A stretch of DNA of 64,000 nt. It comes from Kondoa subrosea (Eukaryota). Both the position numbers and the translations under genes were made by a program. The stretch is from assembly GCA_039545335.1 (NCBI GenBank), contig BCIN01000004.1:982925-1046924 (forward strand), given 5' to 3'. Every line of letters begins with the position of its first letter. The first letter of the stretch is position 1. Of this stretch, positions 38,746 through 51,085 are shown piece by piece. The notes beneath the pieces are model-generated. The model made no database searches. It was not told the origin of the DNA and saw nothing but the letters and a program-made list of their open reading frames with translations.

Positions 38746-41700
38746 TTACATGTAGTAGCCACTGCCTTTGAGGTTTCCATGAACTGGTCTGAGTTCAGTG
38801 CGAGCATTTGTCTGGTTGAATCAGGTTTAGATAGACCGACCGGTATATACACTATGCACTCACCAAAGCAGTGTTGCGAGCTCTATCGCGCTGCTCGCTA
38901 GTGACGCTGCCCGTACTGTTTGATAATTGATTCAGCTCAACACAAAATGAGGGGCAGAAGGTTCTTACATGGTCGTAGCCGCATCGTCCTCAGAGAGGTA
39001 AGCACGAGCACGAGTAGCGACCAGGTCAGCCTAAGCTGTTATAAGCGCATGTCTGAACGTGTTAAAACACAACTCACAAAATATGCCGGACTGCACAGAG
39101 ACACGGAGCGAGTCGAGCGGGCTAATATACTCATTATTAGTTGCACCATCGAACGGATGAATGCAGAGACATACGGAAGAGGAAGCACAAGCTGAAGACC
39201 AATTGCTGAAGATCATCAGGCTTGAAGTTGTTCTCATCTAAGAGACTATTCGAAACAGTGAGCGCAAGCTTAATAAACGACGATATGACGTACGCAGTGT
39301 AGTGACAAGGTTTTGAAGTGCTGCAGCAGAAGTCAGACGGAACTGCAACAAGCAGTGTAAGACTTACCCAAGGAGACCAGCATGAGATAGCAAGTAGAAA
39401 TCGTTGTTGACAGGATGGGCTGGACAGTCTCAATTAGTCACATTGCTAACTAGGGTTATTGTAACTTACTAATATCATTATCCACGACGGTACCGGCAGG
39501 TGCATTGCCGCTTTGATCACCACCTTGACCTTCTGGGAACAAGCGGATATGATGACGCTTGGCGCAAATGATATATGTAACGGGAGGGTTGTAGCTGTAT
39601 GCGACCGTCAGCTAAGTCTACTGCTTTAGGGCAATAAAACATACGCAGAATCAATAGTTTGGCAAGCTCTTTTGAGAGCAGCGATTTCTCGAACAGCGAC
39701 TTCACCAAATTGACCTTCCTGTGCCCAAGAAGCTTGTCTCAGTAACCCAAAAGGTACGAAGCGGCTCCAAGACGCACGGAGACACCATCACGCTATCCGA
39801 AGACGATCAGCGCGGTATAGAACATCAGCAACGGTAACTCACGAAGAACAGGATACGAGCAGGCTTCTGCTTTGTGCTCTTGTAGTAATCTTTGATCAAT
39901 GTGACAGCCATTTCTGCAAGATCGACAATAATTTCTTCTCGAGAGTTTTGAGCTCTGACTTCGGTGTTGAAGCCAGTAGCGGTGCGATCATGGGAACCAA
40001 CGCATGAAGCGATGGAAGGAGCCGTGCTGCCAGGACTGCGACAAATGTCAGCAAGCACCAATTACATCAAAACATCTCACTGACCCAGGATGAGCAACAT
40101 CAGCTGACGAACGATCAATGATCAAATCAGACCGCAAGGATGCTATCATGTAAGAAAACTGACCTCCGAAGACGATGGTAGGAACAGAGTTGATATCCAA
40201 GCCTTTCATTTGAGGAGGTGCAAGAATTGCGTTGATTCCACGGAGCTTGACGTTGATCTTGAGCGCGACATTGCTGCAGTAAGCTGGTTTGGCTCCACGA
40301 GCTTTACCGATTCGCAAGCATTGAGTAGCGACACCACGATGGCAGTCACCAAATGCTATAAAGCGATGTCAGACGGTCTCGTCTGAGCGAACACACGTGC
40401 TTACCTTTGATAGCACCATACTTGCTTGGACCAGATTCAGGAAGCAGGCAAACGACGAGACCAGGAGGTTTGTTACCGAGAGCAGCATAGACTTGTTTGA
40501 ACCAAGGTTCTATTTCTTGAGAATTGCCAGCATAGATGATAGGAGGCCTAGAATGACAGAATGAGTATCATTCTAGATCGATCATACTGTAGAAACTTAC
40601 TTGATGTTGCTGAAGTTGATACCGTATTCTTGGCAAGATCGAACCAATTGACCAATCAAGTTTTCGCAATCCATTCTAGGCATACCAGAACCACGACGTC
40701 CATCACCTTTTTCAGAATCGAAGACAATGACACCCCTTTGAACAGATGTGAGCAGCAGCACATAGAAGGTCCGAGCCTAAGACTAACCAATCTGGCATCT
40801 TGGCAGCACCAAAGAGTTTCTTGCCTCGATAATCCTGGAAGTCGAAAATCTTTCAATGTTTAGAAGACACAAGCAAAGGAGTCAACCTACAATTGTTCCG
40901 TTACCAGGTCTCAAGTTCATGGACTTGTTGCTCTTGTCCTTCACAATCAATTGAGGAGGATCAAGAACACGACCGTTGACAAGCATGGGCTCAGTGTTAA
41001 CACCGAATCGCCAAGCAGAAGTGACATCGTTCGCATTGTAGCCGAGAAGTTTAACGCCCTCTCTTATAAGGGCTTGCTTTTCGCTTGGTTTCTTTGTGGT
41101 GAATCTGCATTCGATCGTTAGACAATGTTGCTGAACGACTTCATGAGACCTACTTGAGCGTTTCAGCAACTTGGTCAGGACTGAGCTTCTTTGTGAAGCG
41201 ATCACCCTGTACATTCTTTAGCACGATAGCAAAACACTGCTGAGAAGTATCTAAAACGCACAGATTGTACAGTCACCAATTCCAAAGGATACCAAGCCCT
41301 CTTAGTCAATCTTACGCAAGGCAAGTTAGGGTTCTGCAACCTCATGCCATTGGAAGCAAAGTATTGAGCAACAGAGACTTTTCGTCCATCATCGGTAGTC
41401 ATTTGTTTCTGAGCAGCAGTTTCACGGGACATTTCTTTGATCTTGAACTTGCTTCTGGGAGAAGAACCGCCAATCAAAGGAGCTTCGACTGGGATACCTC
41501 GAAGGAAACGACCGAGTTCAATCCGTTGACGATCAGGTAGACGAGCAAGTTGTCCGACATCTCGAACGTTTGAGAAGGCGGCAGCTACTTGAGGCAGATC
41601 GCCAGGTATGATGAAAGCCTGTGAAAAATCTATTCAGCCAAGGCTTTGAAGCCCAAATTGAGAAAACCTCACACCAGCGGTAGTATCGAAGTTCATGATG

Positions 41701-42806
41701 AGCTTGCCTGATGCAGGTCGAAGCGAGGAGAAGAAGCCACGCCAAAGCTCGATCGCACCACCGATGTACATTTTCTGATCAGCTGAGGTAGGACGAGGGA
41801 AGATCGAGGCGTTCTATCAATCAATGTCAGTGATCATGAGGCAGCAGACTATCAATTACTCACCTTATTGGCATACATCAATGAAGGCTGATGACGGATC
41901 ATGACATTGAGAGCGGTAATGCACATGAGGACGCTTGGAAATGGTTAACTTTCATCTTGGAACACTGTTCTCTTGTATAGCTTACTTTGCGCTGACAGGA
42001 GTTTTTCTGTTCAAGAAGAGACCCATTTCATGCAAGTTAAGAGTATTGGCTGAAAAAGGGAAGAAAGAAGCGAAGAGCCAAAGTTGAAGCTTTGCATCTA
42101 ATGATTTTGAAGATGCAAAACTAACCTATGGTGAAAGTGATCTTGAAAGCTCTGCCTCCACGGTCGTTGGAACCTTCATCAGGGACATTGACATCGTACT
42201 GCGAACATATCAGCTTTCTGAAGTCTGGCTTGTCCAAAGGCATTCTCACCTCCTTGCGTTCGGCACCAAAAGGATGACCGTTGGCGAAAGCAATCTTCTC
42301 ACCGTCGTAAACGACTTTAATACCTTGCAAAGAAGCACCGTGCTGAGCTTCAAAATGACGCCAAACTTGACGTTTGACAGTCTTTGGTACATCAGGAACC
42401 ATGATAACATCATCTAGCATCCAATATAAGCGGACAGTAGGGCACAGAGCTGAAAAAACATACATTGAGTGATCACAAAGTCGGGTAAGGATTTGACTTC
42501 GAAGCAGTTGACCTGGAGATTGTTGAGCTAAGACCATCTTTCAGCGAACATTGCACCTACTCGTAGCTTGATAGGCCGGCCTGCACAGAAAAGTTTAGCT
42601 GAGCTCAGTCTAAGCCAAATTTCAACAAACCTCGAGTTCCATAACCCTGCGCGAGCTGTTAGTCTATGAATGTAGAGAGAATGCAGTACATACGTTTCGA
42701 TGAGCCAGTCTATGCATCAATGAAAGTCAGTATTTGTGGGGCTGATGGCATGAAAGCAAACTCACTGGGCGTCTGCAACGTTGCCCTTGAATGAAGTGAC
42801 AGACAT
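38746..42806 (-). CDS. Argonaute (PAZ-MID-PIWI), multi-exon
   Basis: VYDGEK, PAZ-like SVAQYF...LQNPNLPCV...YPLEL, GRVLDPP, NVALKINVKLRGIN, FGADVAHP, RDGVS, GTVVD, SKPCHY, ARSTRSVSV..PAYF|ADLVATRAR, C-terminal GYYM*. Confidence 0.95.
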
Positions 42807-43125
42807 TTTCGCAGTCTACGTCGTTCAAGAAGAAGCCATTTAGAAGCGAGACTTTTTCTTGAAGGACGCAGCAAAGAATGGAAGGCTGGAAGTTGATCTA
42901 AAGTGAAACGAGGATAACAGGAATAGATGGAAGATGAGATCTGCTAGCAGCTGTAGCAAGATCTTGTGCTTATATGATAGCTGGAACCGAGGTGGTCACA
43001 GTTCCAGGTCAATAGATCACAGCCAATGTTGTCTTTGGAAATTCCACGAAAGCGGAACAATTACAGATTACAAGTCTGAGCTGAACTAATACACAATACG
43101 AAGTCCAGACAGTGACCGAGAAGCA

Positions 43126-45032
43126 TCACGCTTGACCAGCTTTCTTGTTGAGCCAACTCGTGACGCTTACATAAGATCAAAGATGAGCTGCGGTCATGCC
43201 AGGACGGTCTGAGGCTCTCACCTATCCTCGACAATAGGCCTGACTACTTTCCTTCCTCCTTTAGGGTCAAGATTCCACCAACTAAACGTACTTTAGCCGA
43301 AATCAGGTCAATAGAGCGAGACTGACACTTTGCGCTTATGACCAGATTCGCCAAGGTCAATCTTGCTTGGTTTAGTAGGCAGATCGCTGCTTTCTATATC
43401 GTTGACAACGTGTTCGAAGAGGTCGACAGCTTCTTCGTGAGTTAATCTTCCACCTCTGAACAACAAATCAGTTCAGTATCATTGATGACCAGCAATGCGC
43501 ACGCTTTGACTACTAAGACGATCTCTCTTCGTTTCTCTTTGTTGCCTTCTTTGTCATACTGCTTGTAGCTTGTCAAAGCGAGACTGATATCGGCCCCCAA
43601 TTCTTCTACAGTCCACTTGCTCTCGATTCTGTAGAGATGTAAGGCGAGTTTCAGAGCAATCAGACGAGATCTCACGCGAACCACTCCGTTATGGAACCGG
43701 TAACAGTTCCTGTAAGTACAAAAAAAGCGTCAACAAGCTATGGTCCAGCTCATCTCTTAAAGCTCACGATTGATCTGATCTTTCAAGGAGATAGCTATAT
43801 ACGCATTGTTTTAGTAAGCAGCATTGATTTCTGGACAGCAACTTACGCATAGAAGCCACACCTAGGTGTAAAGACAGTTTGCGGTCATGCGAGAAGACTC
43901 TGTGGATGTGCGACGAAACTGATTAGGATCTGTTTGATCACAGCTGCCACAGATACTCACACATCGCCTTTGTAATCCCTTCTGAGCAAGTCTCGAATGG
44001 ACAAAGCATCCAAATCTTTCTTAGCTGCACTGAGTTCATGATCTGAATCAAAGCCAATCAGCTGCAAGTCACTGGTGAGCAATCTTTGCATACCTAGCTT
44101 CTTCGCTACCTTTTGAAGCTTCTTGCCTTTCCATGTAGAATATTCCAGCAGCTTTTGCGAGACTTCTCTATCTAGATCGCTATCCGCAGGACCTAGGACG
44201 CGCCTCAGAAAAAGCTACTAGGAACAGTCAAATCACCTCACCCTTTGAAAATGCATCCGAGTCAAGAGCGATAACGCTGAGAAGCAGATCAACCAGTTCG
44301 GTAGGCATGGTTTTTTGTGTTCCATGTTGTAGCAAGAGTTGAGCGGTCAAGGTAGAGCACGAAGCAGTCATTTGCACAACTCTTGGATCCGCTTTGGGAT
44401 AGGTGCCGCGATCTTTGTGATGATCGATCATGCCAGTGACTTTACTTGAGCCTATTTCGCCCCAGGCGGAGTGTAGCTGCGAACTATATCAGGCAGAGAA
44501 TAGGCATAGTATAAACAGACAAACCTGAGGATGGTCAACTAATACGATTTCGCCAACGAGATTAGCGACTTGATATCTGTGCAGTGGCAGATCGTCGATT
44601 GTCAAGAGATCTTTATGTCCGCCAAGCATATTGGCTATCAAGTATTTAGATGCATGCCTCGATAATAATTCTGGCCTTACCATGCTTCAATGCGAGCGTG
44701 TTCTCTGGCCTGAGGTCCAAAGCATCTTCTTCGGTTTGTAAGAGCGCGACAGCTCGTTTCGGCGGGTCCAAATGCGACAAGTGATAGGAATAGCTTAGAG
44801 CTGCTGTCAAGCTGTCCAAATCTCCGCCTTCGTTTCCCAGCACCAGTGTCCAATCGGAAGCAGAAGCATTCAACAGAGCAGATACAAACTCTTCTTTCGT
44901 TCGCTTGCTCCATTGAGATAAAGTTTCGCTGGATTCGGAATGTGTCATGAAAGGCATTTGTTGCAGCAAAGGGACAGCTGCAACGCGTAGGCTTAAAGCG
45001 AGGGCCACAAAGGATGACTTGCTGAGCAGCAT
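43126..45032 (-). CDS. DHH-family exopolyphosphatase (PPX1/Prune-like) with an N-terminal signal peptide, multi-exon
   Basis: GNEGGDLDS, LRPEN, LVDH, IDHH, ASCSTL, IALDS, LLRRDYK motifs. Hydrophobic leader MLLSKSSFVALALSLRVAA. Confidence 0.85.
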
Positions 45033-46074
45033 CGCACAAGATCAAGATGGATGCACGAGGGTAAGAGAGAAACGTCCAAGAATCAAAATTCTAATGTGCT
45101 GCTAGTCGAGTCGGATCTGTCTATGCTGCTCTGCTTTCTGTGCTTCTCGCCAATGCGCTGCGATTTAGGGCGATTGGTTCGCGATTCGTCATACTGTGTG
45201 CTTCTCGGGTTTTGAACGACTTGTATCTTTTCTTCGCGTTCCTCTGGTGTGCGATGCCTTCCTCATTTCTGGCAACTCATACGTAACTTCCAACGAAAAA
45301 GACACGCGGGTCTTGTCGAAAACATGCTGTCAAATGTCGAACAGCTCAATTTCTGCGAGACGACTTATGCTTTTGAATGAATCAGGATGACGGATTTCGA
45401 GAAGGATGTACGGAAATGTCGCTCACACGTCTTCAGTCAGCATAAACGGCAAGAGATTTTAACTTGGCTCGATTTGCAGCATGCTGTCGAACCTCAAGCG
45501 AATAACACAATATGATCGACAAGACTTGCCTATATCCGGCATCGACTCATGCAGCTGATAGCGTCTAGCTCGCTTACCTGCTAAAAACTGATGTGTCGGA
45601 GTGCTGCTCTAATTCGATGACTCTCTCTCACGGCTTTGTTCTTCTGGTAGCAACTCTGCCTCTCCCTTCATGATCGACTAGTATTGCCTGGGCGCTCGGT
45701 GCTTCTCGTGAGCAGTGGTCGTGTCCATCGTTAAGCCAAATGGCTTTCACTCGATCAGATATTTCAGCCAACTCCAGAAATCCATTTGGCAGTCTCTCTA
45801 CTCTACCCTACGCGGCTGTCACATCGTGTTCAAGCAATCATGCTGTGTTCTCATGCTTAGAAGACAAACAGGTCGAAGACGTTCGCAAGTTGCGATGAGT
45901 GATATTCTCGGCTGTCATCACCAGGTCTTGGGGGGCATTTAGACATTCAAGCTCATGCTGTAACATTCGATAGCAAGCACAATGGTTTGGAAGCTACAGG
46001 GATTTATTGTATTGCAAATAATGGATAGATTATCACAAAAGAATTCTCGCATTTTGTCAATCGTTCCTCCCAAA

Positions 46075-47112
46075 TCATCCCTTGCAGTGTTGGCGGTGGT
46101 TGTGCATGCAGGTAGAGCGATGCTGACCCGACCCATAATAGACAGTTCCACATGTCTCGAAGTTCTTGCACTTGGTTTCGCCTTGAACACAACTTCCAAG
46201 ATCGAGATGACGCATCAGAGGTGCTCTGTCATTGGAAACTCTTCCACATCCTGAGCACCTATAACGACCTGGACGCATGTGAGCTTGGTTCTCGAAGTGT
46301 CGTTCTGTGGCCTTTCGAAGAACTGAGCGGAAAGCATGTTCTGGTGAGGAGCATCGTCAGTCGTGTCTAATGACACGAAAAACATAAAGGGAAAGCTACC
46401 TGCGCAAACATATCCCTTTCCGACGTTATGAACGGTCCACTGATGGTTTTGAAGATTCTGTTTGGTCTATTTGAAAAGTTCAGCAAGCCAATAGGTCATG
46501 ACACAACGATACATACCGTAAATTCTTTTGGATCTTGTTCTTCTCCTTCCTCGTTACTCTTCGTGCATGCTTCCACTAGACAAACCCAGGTTTTCTTCTA
46601 CTGTCGTCAGCATGTGCCTAGTTGATGAGTCAGATCATTACCTTGCCGTCAGAATCATCCTCTTTCCAGACTGTGGACCGCGTTATTATATGGTGCGATT
46701 TGAGAGAATGCGACTTACGACCAGCAGCGCTTGAACCAACTTGGACGGCAGGCAAAGTAGGCTTGAGACCAGCATCAACAACCTCGACCACAGGCTGCGG
46801 CAAAAGGGTGTGTGAGAGTGCCAAATGTTCCACTAAAGATGATTTCATCTGTTGATAGGAATTGTGAGCCAACTTGTATCGAGTATTCGAATCTACAGTC
46901 CACTGACCTTGAAGCTTTGTTGGCAGTCTTGATTTTCGCATAATAAGACATCATCGTTATCGAAATCTGGAAAACACATGAGACTAGAGGCGGAGAAACG
47001 TCGAGTTATATTCCGTACTCATAACAGGATCCTTCGCATCATCTTCTACAGTAGATTTCAATTTTGATGATCCTGTTTCTGAAAGCTTTTGAGGCGGGTC
47101 TTTCTTGCCCAT
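46075..47112 (-). CDS. Multi-zinc-finger protein (C2H2 and variant fingers), multi-exon
   Basis: Spliced fingers: CENQDCQQSFK|MKSSLVEHLALSH (C-x4-C-x12-H-x4-H), CLVEAC...FT|TKQNLQNHQWTVH, CAEH-x12-H-x5-H, CSGC-x12-H-x5-C, CKNFETC...HRQHC. Confidence 0.7.
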
Positions 47113-47192
47113 CTGCAGAAGTCAATTAGCATTCAGAGTACTTTCAAGGCAATCAGATAGATGAACGGAAGCTGAACGAATCACAAGGCCAC

Positions 47193-47237
<45 letters not shown>

Positions 47238-47247
47238 AACAAACAAA
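47193..47247. repeat. Compound tetranucleotide microsatellite (AGAT)/(AGAC)n/(AAAC)n
   Basis: Directly visible. Lies in a probable 5' intron (minus strand, GTAGGC..CAG) of the zinc-finger gene. Confidence 0.9.
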
Positions 47248-47732
47248 TGAACAGAGCGAAAGAAGCAATGAAAAGGTGAAAGCAAGCCTACCTTGAGAAA
47301 AGTCTATGTGGATCTAGAACACCGCTCAGCTTATGAGATGGGACAGAAAGCATCCTGCACTCACTTTAAGCTTCTACTTCTAGCAATTAGGCTGTTGCTC
47401 CAGCAATCAGACTGTTGCACAAGTGAAACCTGTAAATCGTGCCAAAGGCACCATTAGGCGTTCAACACAATCACGAAAGAAGCGGACCAGATGGAGCTCT
47501 CGTATGCGACCACTGAAGCTCCGACTTAGTCAACAGTACCGTCTAAGGAAAAGAGAGAGAGAGAGGAAGGAGAGGCCATCGATTTCCGGCTAAAAACCGG
47601 AAGTCTCGCTGATGAAGCCTTTGATAACCAAGACAGTCGCATTGCTCCTACATGAAACACGCAGCAGCAGAAGAGCCAGAGGGCAGCCAGAAAGAGCGGA
47701 AGATTGCGCGTCAAGGTGAATGAAGAAGTTCG

Positions 47733-50700
47733 ATGAAAGTGACTTCTGAAGCTAATGTCCGCAATCTCACAGAAGAAAGCAGTGCTTCTTCTTTCATTTC
47801 GAGCGACGATACCCGTGATAAGAGCTCAGATACCCAGGCTGCAGAAGGAGACAAGCATAAGGATCCTTGTTGTGAGCATGAAGCAGTGAAATCGCATGCA
47901 GAGCGCTGACTTGCTCCAATAGTCTCCTACAATGCACTCATCAATGGTGATGAGGATAAAGAAGCTGTCAAGACTTTCTATCAGCGGTGTAAGCCTTTAC
48001 TCTCCGCCTCCGCGGGCTAAAACTGACCGACGCAAAGTACCGACGCCAACCTCAACGAAGGCCGCATTCAACATAGCTTTAGCAGCAACTCCAATCGATG
48101 CACACCAGTTCTGGACTTCAGTAGAACAGCAAATTACCGTGCCAAATTCCCTACATCAAGAACAGCTGGCTCGAACAGATGCAACAGTAGATCAAATGAA
48201 TGAAGTCAGGAAACGAAATGGTATAGAGTCTCTTCAGTCTCACGATATCTCTCGGTAAGTTCGTCCTTTGGCCTTCTTTTCCTCCTCTCCAATAAATTTC
48301 TCAGTTGTGGCCCTCCTGAGATGAGCTTGGGCTTGGTTGGAGTTTACGACAAATCTAAGAGCGGAAGCAATCACTCGCTGCTGTCGATTGATTCGCTGGC
48401 CTGGACAACAACAAAGTTGAGAGAAAAAGGAGCCTCCAATTCGAAAGTCAGCTTGTTTCTTGTTTACCTCCCGCTTAAACCACTGACACCATGCCCAGTT
48501 TTCGATGGTTGATGTGGAACTGGTGCGAACCGATATCGTAGCCGCTCCTAAGTTGTTCACCCAAAGCGGCTACGGGCTGCCACCTCAAGCTCAAGATGTC
48601 CGCTTATCACTCGATCATGCTGCAGATTGGCTGGAAAGACATGCCTTTCTGCCATCAGTCCATGTAGCAATTGGACACGCTGCCGATATCGTGATGTCAA
48701 ATCTGGAGAGGATCTATAGGCGAGAGAAGAGTCATCGACCAGAATTGAAATTACTGAAATCTGGTATCAAGCAAGTCTTTCCATCTTTACCTACAAGAGA
48801 AGTACCGGAAGATGAAGAGATGCATATCAGATTCGTGAGTAGAGCTTGCTGATTCTCAATTCCTTCAATACTCATCCAGCTATGCACTTAGTGGATGTTG
48901 CACGAAGGCAGCAAGGGTTACTCTGCATGCTTCCTTGGCTTTCATCTAAGTGCAGCCAAATATCCGCATTTCAGAACAGTTCTCTTTGCGAAGGAAATGT
49001 TTAGTGTGGTATGTTTTTCGTGTAAAATTCAATGCCGTCCAGCATTCTGATAGCTCAAGCAGGAATCAATCGTCAATATGATTATACACGAAGGCGATCC
49101 TGAATCTTATGTACCTAGTATGCGCAAATCGCTAAGTATGCGACGATAATTCTGATCGGAGTTTCTTTTGCCTTTTCTAGAGTACGCGTGGGACTATTCT
49201 CTATCAGCGCTCCCAGCTCAACCTGGTCATACTCAACACGTGGAGAAAGGTGGACTACATCGCAAACTCAATTGTCTCCTCGCTGGTATTCGTCGAGCTC
49301 AGCAAGTCGATCCCAATATTCCCGACCCCAGCTACGACATGATGCCATACGATATAGCTACCGACCTTGAGGCACTAGGTTACGATCCTTCTACTCGTCC
49401 TCAAGGCATGACCGCGTTTGGTCACGCGTCCTCTTTCTACATTCGTAAATTTGCTCCCCAATGCTCAGGTGAGGACGTTGCTCTATTTATATTCGTTGAC
49501 TCAGTGCATATACAGACGACCCAGAAGTCAAGCAAGCTTGGTTGGATAGCCTTCCTCAGCTTTCGGATGACCCAGAAGTCAAGCAAGCTTGGCTGGATAG
49601 CCTTCCTCAGCTTTCGAAAGATCCAGAAGTGAAGCAAGCTTGGTTGGATAAACTGTTGGCAAAACTTCCGCAACTTTCNNNNNAAACTGTTGGCAAAACT
49701 TCCGCAACTTTCGGATGACCCAGAAGTCAAACAAGCTTGGCTGGATAGCCTTCCTCAGCTTTCGAAAGATCCAGAAGTCAAGCAAGCTTGGTTGGCTCTG
49801 CTACCACAGTGCTCAAAAGATCCAGAAGTCAAGCAAGCTTGGTTGGCTCTGCTACCACAGTGCTCCGAAGATCCAGAAGTCAAGCAAGCTTGGTTGGACA
49901 GTCTGCCTCAGCTTTCAGAGGACCCAGAAGTCAAACAAGCTTGGATGGATAGCCTTCCTCAGCTTTCGAAAGATCCAGAAGTCAAACAAGACTGGCATAT
50001 AAAAAATTTGGATCGCTTCAATGTTGAAGCTGCTTTGCAGTCGTTTCTAGACAGATTACCACTAAATGCTGCAAACCTAGTCTCTGAACATTTACAGCTG
50101 GAAAATTTGTCGCAGCTCAGCGATGAAGCATCTTTTCGTCTTTCTTGGCTTTCCAAAGTGCCAAAAACCTTCACTGAAGCTCAAGCTCGGCAACATTGGC
50201 TCGACCTGCTTCCTGAAAAGGTCTTGACTCCACAAGTACAGCAAAAGTGGCTCGAATTTATCCCTCTATGCTCCAAATATCCTGTAGTCAAGAAGAATTG
50301 GCTGAATCATCTTCCTGCACTCTCTTCTCATCCAGCCGTGCAGCAATCCTTGCTTTCCTCTTTACCCGATTGCAAGACTGGAGCTGAAGTGAAGGAGACT
50401 TGGTTGAGAATGCTACCTGGATGTTGCGATGACGCTGAGATGAAGCGAGCATGGCACACTCACTTACCTCAAACTCTTTTGCACCCTTCCATGATCGAAA
50501 GCTGGCTCAACTTACTACCGCAATTAGCTGCCAACCCGCTTATCCAACAAGCTTTCAGCTCCTTGTCTGATCGATCAGCGGATGTGATGCAGCAGAACTG
50601 GATGAATCTTCTACCTCAGGGTACTGGTGATGATCGTGTGGAAGAAGTTTGGCTGGAACTCATGCCCATGCCCGAAAAACCAAGTTTGCAGCATGTTCTT

Positions 50701-51085
50701 TCAACTGCCTACTTGAGCTCATCCTATTCTGCAGGTGTTTCCGATCATTACGTCAAAAAAGGTGTAACCTCTCCTCGCAAGAGTAGGCAGTATTGATATC
50801 TTAGACAGCTATGACGACTGACCAATGCGTGCAGACAGCTCAAAGGCAAAGCAGCAATCATCTCAACAGTCGAAAGTCACTCGCACGCACAAACGAAAGA
50901 ACGATGTTCAAAGTGATGTGGATCAAGCAGTTTTCCGAGCGATGAAGCAGAATCCGTCAGCAGACGTAGAAGACATCAAAGCCTGGCTGAAAAAGCATGA
51001 ACCTGAGCTTCGCGAAAAGATGGACAAACGCTTAGCAGCGAGGATAAAACCTGCGATGAAGAAATTCAATGCAGGCAAAAGATGA
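47733..51085 (+). CDS. Orphan multi-exon protein: possible UDG-superfamily-like domain, 17-aa tandem repeats and a basic C-terminal domain
   Basis: Frame can be kept from MKVTSEANV through GT-AG introns to KFAPQCS|DDPEVKQAWLDSLPQLS repeats and a last exon ending MKKFNAGKR*. Contains a 5-N assembly gap. Confidence 0.65.
49518..49995 (+). repeat. Coding 51-bp tandem repeat (DPEVKQAWLDSLPQLSK-type unit), at least 9 unit starts, spanning an N gap
   Basis: GAYCCAGAAGTSAARCAAG starts at 49518, 49569, 49620, 49717, 49768, 49819, 49870, 49921 and 49972. Ns at 49679-49683. Confidence 0.95.

Noticed and set aside
38746..45032. Argonaute plus DHH phosphoesterase as a prokaryote-style defence operon
   Set aside because: Both are intron-rich eukaryotic genes with independent known family functions. 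Adjacency alone is not evidence.
49651..49712. Duplicated AAACTGTTGGCAAAACTTCCGCAACTTTC and apparent frame break
   Set aside because: It flanks a 5-N scaffold gap and is most likely overlapping contig ends, not biology.
49518..49995. Regularly spaced repeats resembling a CRISPR array
   Set aside because: Units are contiguous 51-bp coding repeats with synonymous-type variation and no unique spacers. The context is eukaryotic and no cas genes are present.
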